The translations under genes and the position numbers were made by a program. This document shows positions 26,741 through 37,366 of a DNA stretch of 64,000 nucleotides, one piece after another; within the stretch, counting starts at the first letter, position 1, and every line of letters begins with the position of its first letter. The notes under the pieces were generated by a model. The model worked only from the letters and a program-made list of their open reading frames with translations. It was not told the origin of the DNA and did not search any database. Where the stretch lies: positions 95-64,094 of IMG/VR virus record IMGVR_UViG_3300009684_000032; one strand, given 5' to 3'. This stretch comes from a virus. Lineage: Duplodnaviria; Caudoviricetes.

Positions 26741-27856
26741 ATGGGACGCCCGCTTAAAAAGCAATATTTTGGCAACGTCACAGCATCCGGCCAAGCAGTT
26801 ATCGGTAACGCTTGGGTCAACGGTGACACTGTGGCGAGACCATGCTGGATTTTCAAACAGCTAACATCTAACAGCTACTACTGGTTCTCAGTAGATGGCC
26901 AAGGCCCTGCAAGTGGTGGCCAAGCATATTTGGTAAACGGCGCTATCACTGGACCAGGTCAGGCCAACATCGCTGTATATCCATACGGTTCACAAGGTGG
27001 CGGCGCAACTGGTAGTGCAAACCTGGGTGTATACAGTGGCACAGCCATTGTAAGTGGTACAGGTACAGTTACCGCAGACTACGGTGTAGGTAACATATTA
27101 CAAGTATCAGGTGGTACATATACTGGTAACCAACAAGCAAACGTGACAGTAGCTTCTGTAAAAGTTCGCACAACTGCTGCGGCAGTAGGTGGTTCAAACT
27201 ACACAGTAGGTGATACTTTCACATTCAGCACCGCTGGTTTTACTACCAATGCTATACTAACAGTGGCCGCAGCAGACGCCACTGGCGCAGTAACAGGCAT
27301 AACCATTACCAATGCGGGTGTATACACAGGCGCAGCATTACCAGCAGATCCTGTATCACCCACATCTACAGTAAAGACCAACGTGAGTGCAACTGGCGCA
27401 ACATTCAATATTGGTTGGGGTCTTAACACATTCACTATTGCGAATATCGGTGACTACACTGTTCTTCCTGCAAATCCTGTAACACTTGCAGGCGGTGTAT
27501 CAGGCACTGGTGCAACTGCTAACTTGGTATATCAAGTAAGTAGCGTAAAAGTTACAAATGGCGGATCGGCATTTGATCAGGGTGTTGAAGCAGCAGTAAC
27601 ATTTACCCCTGCTAACGGTGCAGCAGCTACTGGTACTGCAAACGCAGCAGGTTCTATTACTAGTGTAACTATAACCACAGCAGGATCTGGCTTTACAGCT
27701 ATTCCAACAGTTGCTATTAATCCTATTGCCAGTGCATCATCTGCTGCACAGATATTCGATAACACTGTAACTAACTTTGCAGGACAAAACTACAAGTGGC
27801 TGACACAGGCTAACACCTTGCCAGATCCAACATGGGCACACTTGAACACTGAATAA
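26741..27856 (+). CDS. MGRPL-type virion protein with fibre-like repeats (371 aa)
   Basis: ATAAATA at 26663-26669; AAGGAG SD; GGSNYTVGD and ITTAGSGFTAIPTV repeats. Confidence 0.75.
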   Translation: MGRPLKKQYFGNVTASGQAVIGNAWVNGDTVARPCWIFKQLTSNSYYWFSVDGQGPASGGQAYLVNGAITGPGQANIAVYPYGSQGGGATGSANLGVYSGTAIVSGTGTVTADYGVGNILQVSGGTYTGNQQANVTVASVKVRTTAAAVGGSNYTVGDTFTFSTAGFTTNAILTVAAADATGAVTGITITNAGVYTGAALPADPVSPTSTVKTNVSATGATFNIGWGLNTFTIANIGDYTVLPANPVTLAGGVSGTGATANLVYQVSSVKVTNGGSAFDQGVEAAVTFTPANGAAATGTANAAGSITSVTITTAGSGFTAIPTVAINPIASASSAAQIFDNTVTNFAGQNYKWLTQANTLPDPTWAHLNTE

Positions 27857-27888
27857 CTATTTGCCGGCGGTAAGCGGGCAGACTCAGG

Positions 27889-27930
27889 CAAAACCCTTAG
27901 AAAGCTGGAGCGATCTAAGGGTTTTGTTTT
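27889..27930 (+). terminator. Intrinsic terminator
   Basis: CAAAACCCTTAGA...TCTAAGGGTTTTG followed by TTTT. Confidence 0.8.
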
Positions 27931-27957
27931 GGCTAAACATTCTATAGCAAAGACGAC

Positions 27958-27984
27958 GACACCGGCATTTAGCCGGTGTCTTTT
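27958..27984 (+). terminator. Second hairpin/terminator between convergent genes
   Basis: GACACCGGC-attta-GCCGGTGTC-TTTT. Confidence 0.65.
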
Positions 27985-28008
27985 ATTCTAACAACTGTAA
28001 TTAAGCTA

Positions 28009-28257
28009 TTAAGCTAGCTTTTCCTGCAATGCCTTTAGCCCGCATACAATGCTGCTATCTTCCATAACTGTAACAGGACCGCGCTGCCAATCTGGTGCAA
28101 TTTTCTTCAAATCTTCACTGCTGATTTCGTTATCAGCATTTACAGTGCCCCAGCGTTTAACAGTTGTTTCAGTGAAAGCAATATTCTTCTCAGTTAGCAA
28201 TGCTTTAGCGCGATTGCTATATGGGTCTTGCTTGAATGTATAAATGGTAGTTGCCAT
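28009..28257 (-). CDS. Glutaredoxin-fold protein lacking the CxxC cysteines
   Basis: IYTFKQDPYSNRAKALL...GP-V...GLKALQEKL; TATAAATA at 28286-28293. Confidence 0.7.
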   Translation of the reverse strand: MATTIYTFKQDPYSNRAKALLTEKNIAFTETTVKRWGTVNADNEISSEDLKKIAPDWQRGPVTVMEDSSIVCGLKALQEKLA

Positions 28258-28299
28258 GTTTTATCCTACTGGATGAGTGTGATATTATTTATACGGTGA

Positions 28300-28809
28300 T
28301 TAAACTAGTTTACGTATATCCAAGCTCTCGGGAATCTTACCGATATCCTTGAGGAAATATGCACACAATGGTGCAGGACTGTCACTTAATGGCACAGCTA
28401 ATATCTGTCCATTTTTAAGTTTAGGGAAATACCAATTAACGTCGGGCCACAGATTAAGCACTTCCAGCTTTAAGAAGTGCGGCATGAAACCGTTTATTGG
28501 ATTGTAGCAAAATACATCAAAGTCTTTATCATTGAGATAGATAAGCGGCATGATTTCCATCTCGCCGCTGTTTTTATCTCCAATAATAACACTCCAGTCT
28601 AATGGCATTTGTATATTCAAATTACCTATACGCAAGTCCACACAGGGACTATTGAAACTTTCAAGAAATATCAATGGTATGAAATAGTAATCTACATTGG
28701 CTTGGTCAGAATAATCTAGAACACCGAAGCGTATATCTTCGGCGTTGTCTGGTATCTGGTTCAAGTTGAACGTTGTGTTATAATTTGTGAGTATTTTCAT
28801 TTGCATCAT
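28300..28809 (-). CDS. Hypothetical phage protein (169 aa)
   Basis: Clean ORF downstream of uvsW. Confidence 0.75.
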   Translation of the reverse strand: MMQMKILTNYNTTFNLNQIPDNAEDIRFGVLDYSDQANVDYYFIPLIFLESFNSPCVDLRIGNLNIQMPLDWSVIIGDKNSGEMEIMPLIYLNDKDFDVFCYNPINGFMPHFLKLEVLNLWPDVNWYFPKLKNGQILAVPLSDSPAPLCAYFLKDIGKIPESLDIRKLV

Positions 28810-28845
28810 TACTTATTGGTAATAATGCATTGCTACTAATAATTA

Positions 28846-30306
28846 TTAAGTTAATCTGTCTATTTTTTCAATGGAAAACGGATATTTTGCCTGTTTATAG
28901 AACTGCTTACGTTTTGTAAGGTGCTTTGCACTAAATTTGCAAGTACTGGTCATATCCCATATTTGTACAAAGTCTTTGTCCTCTGCTTTACGTAGCCCAC
29001 GACCGATACTTTGTATAACACGAACGAAACTTTTACCCGGTTCTATCAATACCAAATTAAACAATCTGGGTACGTTGATACCCACAGCAGCAACACCATA
29101 CGTTGCAATCAGTGTTTGGTCATCGCTAACAGCAATGTTATCATATTCTACTTTGCGGTCTTTGGACTTGACTGCTCCACTGATAAACGTACTGCCTTCT
29201 ATGAGCTGTTCCAATGCTTTGCCTGTTTCAAGTCTATCACATAACACAAGTGTATTACCTCCTGCGGAAATAGCAGCAATCATATCTGCCATCCATTTGA
29301 TACGATCCTTGTCAGTAGTTAAGAATTTAAGTTCTTCCTGATAGTTGTTGTACTTGACAACTTCTTTGGTTTGCAATACGTTCACATGACAATTAGCAAG
29401 CACACCTTTGGCTTGCAAGTCGCTTGCAAACAAATCACCCACGTTAGGACCAACACTGACCAGCAAACTGAGTTTATCTTGATCTTCTTCTGGTATAGTA
29501 CCAGTCATGCCCCAACGTATGGGTACATGGCGAAACGTATCGGTCATCAATCGTGTTACAACATCTGCTTTGAGAATATGACATTCGTCTACAATTACGC
29601 ATATGAGATTCTGCATGAATATTTCATGTTGATGTTCATCTAATGCATCCTTGCTGTTCTTATCAAGCACATTAAGACTTTGCCAGGTACAAATAGTATG
29701 TGTTCGGTCATACTCTTTGCGGTCACCATATAGAACGCCGACATCCAGTCCTAGATTTTTATAGTCAACTTCTGTTTGTTCAACAAGACTCTTGCTAGGT
29801 ACAATGACAATACTACGCCCATAGGGCTCTATTATTCTGCTTAGAGTAGCAGTGAGCAGAGTCTTACCTGCGCCGGTTGCAATTTGTTGAATACATTGAA
29901 GATTTTCTACGTATGTGTTAACTAATTCAACTTGGTAGTCTCGCAGTACAATTGGCTGATCTGCACGTTCATGGCCCTTTGGCCACACTTTTGGCGCATG
30001 ATAGTCTGCGCCAACTCCGCCCAAGCTGATATCGTACTGTAAGCGATTATCTTCCAGCTCAAATTCAAAACCATTGTCTGTAATTACAGGCAACATTCTG
30101 TCTAGTAGATTCAAATATGTTCTGCCACCTAATGTGCAAAAGCTTTTGGTACCATCCCAGCGTCCAAGTTTGAATGCTGCGCTATAACGTGCACCAGGCT
30201 GGAAATATTTCACAGCATCCACACAGGCTTTGCGTGTGCTTAAATCAAGACCTGCCATCTTGATATTAACTTCGTCTTCTATTGTTATTACACATTGTTT
30301 TGTCAT
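28846..30306 (-). CDS. uvsW: SF2 DNA helicase (UvsW-like)
   Basis: LRDYQ, ATGAGKT, DECH, GMTGT, QSIGRGLR. Confidence 0.92.
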   Translation of the reverse strand: MTKQCVITIEDEVNIKMAGLDLSTRKACVDAVKYFQPGARYSAAFKLGRWDGTKSFCTLGGRTYLNLLDRMLPVITDNGFEFELEDNRLQYDISLGGVGADYHAPKVWPKGHERADQPIVLRDYQVELVNTYVENLQCIQQIATGAGKTLLTATLSRIIEPYGRSIVIVPSKSLVEQTEVDYKNLGLDVGVLYGDRKEYDRTHTICTWQSLNVLDKNSKDALDEHQHEIFMQNLICVIVDECHILKADVVTRLMTDTFRHVPIRWGMTGTIPEEDQDKLSLLVSVGPNVGDLFASDLQAKGVLANCHVNVLQTKEVVKYNNYQEELKFLTTDKDRIKWMADMIAAISAGGNTLVLCDRLETGKALEQLIEGSTFISGAVKSKDRKVEYDNIAVSDDQTLIATYGVAAVGINVPRLFNLVLIEPGKSFVRVIQSIGRGLRKAEDKDFVQIWDMTSTCKFSAKHLTKRKQFYKQAKYPFSIEKIDRLT

Positions 30307-30311
30307 TTATA

Positions 30312-30340
30312 ATTTTACCATATGTACTGCTCATATACAA
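30312..30340 (-). promoter_or_regulatory. Sigma70-like promoter, predicted leaderless transcript
   Basis: TTGTAT-N17-TAAAAT (extended TGn), 5 nt before the uvsW ATG. Confidence 0.65.
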
Positions 30341-30342
30341 GC

Positions 30343-30374
30343 AAAAAGAGGAGGGATTTCTCCCTCCTCTTTTT
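30343..30374. terminator. Intrinsic terminator after groEL
   Basis: AAAAAGAGGAGGGA-tttc-TCCCTCCTCTTTTT. Confidence 0.9.
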
Positions 30375-30397
30375 AATTAGCACAATGTAAGCGCGGT

Positions 30398-32023
<1,626 letters not shown>

Positions 32024-32037
32024 TTATACTCCTACCA

Positions 32038-32328
32038 TTAGTTAAAAACTGCGAAGATTTCATCTTCTTTTAACACCAAAAGGTCTTCGCCTTGGTGTTT
32101 AATTTGAGTACCTGCATGTTTGCCAAAAAGTACTCTGTCTGCCACTTTAACTTCCAGTGGGATGTAATCGCCGTTGCGGTTCTTTTTACCCTTGCCAACT
32201 GCTAGCACAATACCCTGATCAGGTTTTTCTGCAACAGTGTCTGGGATAACGAGACCACCTTTGGTGACAGTATCACTGTCCACCCGTTTGACTACGACCC
32301 TATCATTAAGCGGTCTTAGCTCTGTCAT
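32038..32328 (-). CDS. groES: Co-chaperonin GroES
   Basis: [12 protein letters not shown]...TKGGLVIPD...EKPDQG...VLFGK. Confidence 0.97.
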   Translation of the reverse strand: MTELRPLNDRVVVKRVDSDTVTKGGLVIPDTVAEKPDQGIVLAVGKGKKNRNGDYIPLEVKVADRVLFGKHAGTQIKHQGEDLLVLKEDEIFAVFN

Positions 32329-32382
32329 CGTATTCTCCTATGATTAATATCAAGCACCAAGCATTGCCTGGCCTCTAATAAA

Positions 32383-32411
32383 ACTATAATCGGCAAATGG
32401 CTGTATATCAA
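32383..32411 (-). promoter_or_regulatory. Sigma70-like promoter of groES-groEL
   Basis: TTGATA-N17-TATAGT. Confidence 0.6.
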
Positions 32412-32440
32412 GTTTTATCAGTAAATTTGTGCAGATACTG

Positions 32441-32905
32441 TTATCCACGGGTATCCAAGTGCGCGTCTTCCATACCTTGAATACGCAAGCGTACAATGTT
32501 GCTTATTTGAAACTGTTTGACATCAAGGCCTTTTATCAAAGCCAAATACTTGTTACGTACCAATGCAACTTCGTTTATTAATATACACATGGATACAACA
32601 CCGTCTTCACCATCTATGTATTTTTCAATACTGCGGTCGGACAACTCTCGCTGATATCGTTCAAGATATTTACGATAATGATCCGACCGCATTTTATCGT
32701 AGCGTATGTTTACCAACTTCAATATTGCTTCAATTTCTTGAAGTTGCCCAAATCTATAAGCCATTATACCGCTTAGTTCTTGAGAATTCTTTTCTACGCT
32801 GCCAATAATCTTTGTTTCTACCCAGGCTGTTTCTAGTTGACGTTGGAACCAATCTATAGCATCAGGTAATTTACTCAAATCTGTAGCTACTTGACTGTAC
32901 CACAT
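32441..32905 (-). CDS. uvsY: Recombination mediator (UvsY-like)
   Basis: Helical; IEKYIDGE...KGLDVKQFQISNIVRLRIQGMED; near uvsX. Confidence 0.75.
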   Translation of the reverse strand: MWYSQVATDLSKLPDAIDWFQRQLETAWVETKIIGSVEKNSQELSGIMAYRFGQLQEIEAILKLVNIRYDKMRSDHYRKYLERYQRELSDRSIEKYIDGEDGVVSMCILINEVALVRNKYLALIKGLDVKQFQISNIVRLRIQGMEDAHLDTRG

Positions 32906-32912
32906 TGTGTCT

Positions 32913-33164
32913 TTACTTTCCTAGCCTGTTATAAAACTCCCAAAGTTTCCAGTCTATTTTATTAAGCTGTGTAACCATAGCAAGTGACAATTTCAACTGA
33001 GCTTTGGCGATTGCCATTGCATCGTTGCTGTCCAATGCTGCTGCTACTTCGCGTTCTAATACCACATGTGAACTATCAAGTTCTGTAGTAGCCGCAGTAT
33101 TAGCAGTTACCGCTGCATTGGAATTTGGATTTATTCGAACAATTTTAGATATTTTGGTTGTCAT
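32913..33164 (-). CDS. Hypothetical protein (83 aa)
   Basis: ORF within the operon; ends IDWKLWE motif. Confidence 0.65.
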   Translation of the reverse strand: MTTKISKIVRINPNSNAAVTANTAATTELDSSHVVLEREVAAALDSNDAMAIAKAQLKLSLAMVTQLNKIDWKLWEFYNRLGK

Positions 33165-33172
33165 ATTAACTG

Positions 33173-33418
33173 TTACTCATCTATATCGTCATCGTAGTCT
33201 ATTACGAATTCGTCTAGCGATTCGCCGGTATATTGTGCATCCATTGCAATGTCAAGGTGGTCATCTTCACCTCGCAGAACTTCAAATTCTTCTCTATCCA
33301 TACCGTTATCTGCAAAAATATGTACTAGCTTTCGCGCCATATCTTCTCGCTTGTTGTTAGGAAGCAGTTCTGACACTGCTTCCCATACTTCCAACAACAA
33401 ATTAGCCCCAATACTCAT
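33173..33418 (-). CDS. Hypothetical acidic protein (81 aa)
   Basis: ATGA overlap with uvsX; GGAG SD. Confidence 0.7.
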   Translation of the reverse strand: MSIGANLLLEVWEAVSELLPNNKREDMARKLVHIFADNGMDREEFEVLRGEDDHLDIAMDAQYTGESLDEFVIDYDDDIDE

Positions 33419-34500
33419 TCATCATCTCCATTTATATTATCAACTGTATCGTCTGATTCTGCTACACTGTCCATAACAATTTTAGACTCGTCCCACTCTG
33501 ACATAATCAAGTCTAGCAGGTCATCGCTGATCCCAGAACGGAAGTACTTATGTTCCTTGCCAGTCTTGTCCATGTACTTTAATTTGTTCCCGTCTTTGGC
33601 AAGTACGCCTTTTTTCTCAAAAAGGTCGATAAGACCACTGTATTCATCCATACCAGTATCCCACGGAATCTTTAGTTCTACAGATTCAAATGGCTTGTTG
33701 TAACGAGTTTTCATAATCTTACATGCAGCACGGATACCGCGAACGTCTGTTACCTTCTTGCCGTCTTCATCTTCTTTGAGTTTAAGCTTACGCATTGCAA
33801 CCACAATACTGCTTGCATAGATAAAGCCTTGTCCACCGCTGATCTTATCATCAGGATCAAACATATCCTGACTTGCATAGCTATGGTTAGTAACGACCAA
33901 ACCAACATCATATTCTCCAAACATGTTTACGCAGTTGCGCACAAGTGCAGCAAGTGCTTTGGGTTTACGACCCATGTCGCCTTTCATGTCACCTGCTTCA
34001 AACTGATTAACATCAGTGGGTGTAAGCAACATGCCCAAGCTGTCCAATACAAACAGCACTTTAGGTCGATCTTCTGGATCTGATTTTTCGTATTTGCTCT
34101 TGTAATCTTTCATAAAGTCGCTGATAAGTCTAGCAACATCATCAATCATAGCAAGATTGCATTTAAGCAACTTGTCTTCGCTGGTATCAACACCTAGAGG
34201 TTTCAACCAGTTTTCGTCTAGTGCGTTTTCGGTATCAATAACAATAGGGAAGATACCTTGCTTCTGTGCATTGCGCACAATGTTACCACTGCAAATATAA
34301 CTTTTGCCAGAACCACTTTGTCCTGCAAACATTGTTACTTTACCAAGCGGGATACCATTTTTGAAGTTACCGCTGATACAGTAGTTAAGTGCATAGTTAC
34401 CACTGTGGATCCAAGTACTGGGATCGTGGAAGCCCATGCTTAGTGTAGGGATAGATTTTGTAATGTCTTTACGAAATTTGCTTATGTCAAACGGCTTCAT
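33415..34500 (-). CDS. uvsX: RecA-like recombinase UvsX
   Basis: GQSGSGKS, IDTENAL, VLDSLGML, VTNH, SGGQG. Confidence 0.93.
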   Translation of the reverse strand: MKPFDISKFRKDITKSIPTLSMGFHDPSTWIHSGNYALNYCISGNFKNGIPLGKVTMFAGQSGSGKSYICSGNIVRNAQKQGIFPIVIDTENALDENWLKPLGVDTSEDKLLKCNLAMIDDVARLISDFMKDYKSKYEKSDPEDRPKVLFVLDSLGMLLTPTDVNQFEAGDMKGDMGRKPKALAALVRNCVNMFGEYDVGLVVTNHSYASQDMFDPDDKISGGQGFIYASSIVVAMRKLKLKEDEDGKKVTDVRGIRAACKIMKTRYNKPFESVELKIPWDTGMDEYSGLIDLFEKKGVLAKDGNKLKYMDKTGKEHKYFRSGISDDLLDLIMSEWDESKIVMDSVAESDDTVDNINGDDE

Positions 34501-34527
34501 TCACTGCTCCAGTGTTGTTTAAAAATT

Positions 34528-34553
34528 AGCAGAGGAGCGTTAACTCCTCTGCT
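34528..34553 (-). terminator. Hairpin/terminator between gp32 and uvsX
   Basis: AGCAGAGGAG-N6-CTCCTCTGCT followed by AATTTTT on the - strand. Confidence 0.7.
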
Positions 34554-34568
34554 GTTATCATTTAGATA

Positions 34569-35600
34569 TTAGCTTTGGCCAAGCTTGCGACGACGGATAG
34601 CTTCAAGAATATCTTCTGGCGAGGACATCTTAGGCTTATCACTTGCAGGTGCAGCAGTAGGAGTTGGATCTTTCCAACCACTATCTTGTACAGCAGCAGT
34701 CTTTGAAGCAGCAGCACGTTCGAGAATGCTGTTTGCAGTCACAGGCTTAGTAACTGGTGCAGATGGTGCAGCTTCACTGGCCTCAACACCTTCCATACGC
34801 ATGCCGCTAGGACGATAGAATTGACCCCAACGTTCTGCATCATACAGTTCTTCGTTTACGCTAGCATGGAACATTTCAACAATTGCGTTAAGATGTTCGT
34901 CGTCTGGCTTCTTGGGCAAGAACTGATTCAAGCTGTACAACCCAAACTTTTCAACTGCACCCAGTTCATCTTCATGCAGCGCACGTTCTTTCATTGACCA
35001 GCTAGAGCTAGCATAGTTGGCATAGCCACCTTTGGTAGTCTTGGACAGATAGAAGTCGCGTCCGTTTGCGTAGTCAGTTGGGCTGTTCTCAAGATCCTGA
35101 CGCATAAGAATGCCTTTAACAACATCAAACACGCTGGGATTGATAATGAATCGACGAATAGGATTCTCAGGAGTGTTGTCATCTTTGTTGGGATTCTGAG
35201 GAACGAAGCCTTGGAACAGATAGCTTTTCTTACGCCAGTATTTGCGTGCCATATCTTCCAATGACGGATCTTTCCACCACGGACGAGTCTCTGCTGCGAT
35301 CGGGCAGCTATTGGGCTTCCACATGTCCATGCAAGGTACTTGCACTTCAACTGGTTTTGCATCAGTGCTGCCTTTAACACCAGGGAATGGGATTTTGATA
35401 ATCAAACGCTCTTCCCAAAAGAAGTCGTTCGAGTCGTTGCCATCTGGGAGAAAACGTAGTGTTGCGGTGCTACCTTCTGGGTTATTCCAGAACGGATAAA
35501 TGCTGTTGTCGCCTGTAAAGCTACCGCCTTTACCGCGTTGATCTTTGCGAGCCTGTTGCTCTAACAGCTTAGCTTGGATTTCTTTAAGATTCAATGCCAT
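34569..35600 (-). CDS. gp32: Single-stranded DNA-binding protein (T4 gp32-like)
   Basis: LRFLPD, C...CPI, YWRKKSY, GRDF, YANY; AGGAGG SD. Confidence 0.88.
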   Translation of the reverse strand: MALNLKEIQAKLLEQQARKDQRGKGGSFTGDNSIYPFWNNPEGSTATLRFLPDGNDSNDFFWEERLIIKIPFPGVKGSTDAKPVEVQVPCMDMWKPNSCPIAAETRPWWKDPSLEDMARKYWRKKSYLFQGFVPQNPNKDDNTPENPIRRFIINPSVFDVVKGILMRQDLENSPTDYANGRDFYLSKTTKGGYANYASSSWSMKERALHEDELGAVEKFGLYSLNQFLPKKPDDEHLNAIVEMFHASVNEELYDAERWGQFYRPSGMRMEGVEASEAAPSAPVTKPVTANSILERAAASKTAAVQDSGWKDPTPTAAPASDKPKMSSPEDILEAIRRRKLGQS

Positions 35601-35808
35601 GATAATGTGCCTCCTATATGTGCTTTCATGTGCCTAATATGGTATTAAGACAACATACAATGTATGTTGACAGTATTATTTATGCCACAGCAACCATCAA
35701 AAGTCAAATTTACTATTGATAATTACTGTATCGCATGCTAGTGTGATTGGTTATCTAACTGCGACTAAGCAGTATGCCGCAGTTAGATATGTATAGCAAG
35801 AGTAGATG

Positions 35809-37350
35809 TTAAAAATCGTGCGATGTTAATCCGGCCAATTCACCAAGACGAATAATGTCTATATCGCCATCATCATCGTCGTCTGTGAATTCGTCGTCTA
35901 ATACATCCAATTCAATTGGTGCATCCAAGGAGTTGTGCGGCGACTGTACAATATATTTTGCAGCAGTGTTCATTGCACCAACTGCATCTGTGTCATCGTG
36001 CGAGCAACCACAGTGTTCTATCAGATCATTTGCAAGATCTAGGTATGCTTGTTGATCTACTTCAGAAAGTTGATTGAGATCTGTTATACCGATACCGTAA
36101 CCTCGGTTACCACTTAGTCGCTTACTGTCCTTGCTTAACTTGCGAATCGCATCTTTTACTATAAAACTGCGATCATCCCCGGCATGTTTGAGCATTTTAT
36201 TGGCGTGTTTGAGTTGTATATAGTCTTCACTCATTCGCAGAATTGCGCCGCCAATATCATCATTTAACCTGCCATTATTGGCTAGGTGTCGTGCCATTGC
36301 TCTTGCACCTGCAATGTGCGGATGTGGATATGCAAAACGTTCGCCTAATTTGGTTTCGATGAATATGTTGCGTATACGACGCCAGCGACTTCCTTGCTTG
36401 GATTCATCTACTGGATCTGTATGACGAATAATAAGTTTACTGTTGCCTATCTGTTGATAGCTGCTTTTTGTACTACCATATGGCTTACTGATATCTTTGC
36501 TTTCATTGACTTGTTTTGAATCTGTCAATGGCCCACCTGTTACCCATGCATCACAAGTACGACGACTGGCACATTTGAATTTCAAGAAACGGCAGTAGCC
36601 CAGATCACCCGCATCAATGGTAGGATCATCTGCTCCGAGATCTGAACCTATGCCCTGGGCAATACAGTCCAGTGTTTCTGTACGTTGATCAAATGCTGCA
36701 CAATTGCCACATAAACTAGATTTAGCTTCTTTTGTGCTGTCTAAATTCCACTCGTCTACTTTTTTCATCCAAAACTTGTTGTTGGGTAAATCTGGATTTA
36801 ATGGGCCATAACCATATTCATCTATGGCCTTTTGTCTATTTTTGAGATTGAGTGTGATATTCTGTGTGGCAGGTGGGCATTTTTTAGAATCTTCATCTAT
36901 TGATTTTGGTTTTTTGCCAGCTTTTTTCATAGAAATAGCAATTGCTGCTTGCTGTGCAGATGCCTTGCTTTCTTCTATGTTGTTCACCGCATCTTCACGA
37001 GGATCAATATCGTGATCAAACTTGTACCAATTGATACTAAGTCCTTCTGCATCACCGACGTTGTTTTCCATACTCTTTTTAAGATTAATGATTGTATTAA
37101 AATCACCGTCATTTTGCAATGTTGGAGTTTTAATATCCATATGACTACTGCTGTCTTCGTTGTGCAAACTCAGCAGTATGTTGAAGTTTTTAAGTGATGG
37201 ATCCTGGCTAGGCACAGCGGCGAAGAATCTGGTAGCCTCGTGTGGATCCATGGTTTTGTTTCCAGCTTTATCAAACATCTGCAAGCGATAGCCTCGCCCA
37301 CGCAGAATGCCAAAAACTTTGTCGCCTATGATGTCCCAGTTGTAATTCAT
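35809..37350 (-). CDS. Head-associated protein carrying an inserted Cys-rich module
   Basis: Start moved to MNYNWD at 37350, 7 nt after an ATAAATA box, which removes the overlap with terL; YGSTKSSYQ...IFIET..GERF...GARAMARHL; ends RLGELAGL. Confidence 0.7.
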   Translation of the reverse strand: MNYNWDIIGDKVFGILRGRGYRLQMFDKAGNKTMDPHEATRFFAAVPSQDPSLKNFNILLSLHNEDSSSHMDIKTPTLQNDGDFNTIINLKKSMENNVGDAEGLSINWYKFDHDIDPREDAVNNIEESKASAQQAAIAISMKKAGKKPKSIDEDSKKCPPATQNITLNLKNRQKAIDEYGYGPLNPDLPNNKFWMKKVDEWNLDSTKEAKSSLCGNCAAFDQRTETLDCIAQGIGSDLGADDPTIDAGDLGYCRFLKFKCASRRTCDAWVTGGPLTDSKQVNESKDISKPYGSTKSSYQQIGNSKLIIRHTDPVDESKQGSRWRRIRNIFIETKLGERFAYPHPHIAGARAMARHLANNGRLNDDIGGAILRMSEDYIQLKHANKMLKHAGDDRSFIVKDAIRKLSKDSKRLSGNRGYGIGITDLNQLSEVDQQAYLDLANDLIEHCGCSHDDTDAVGAMNTAAKYIVQSPHNSLDAPIELDVLDDEFTDDDDDGDIDIIRLGELAGLTSHDF

Positions 37351-37366
37351 TGTGAAATATTTATCA

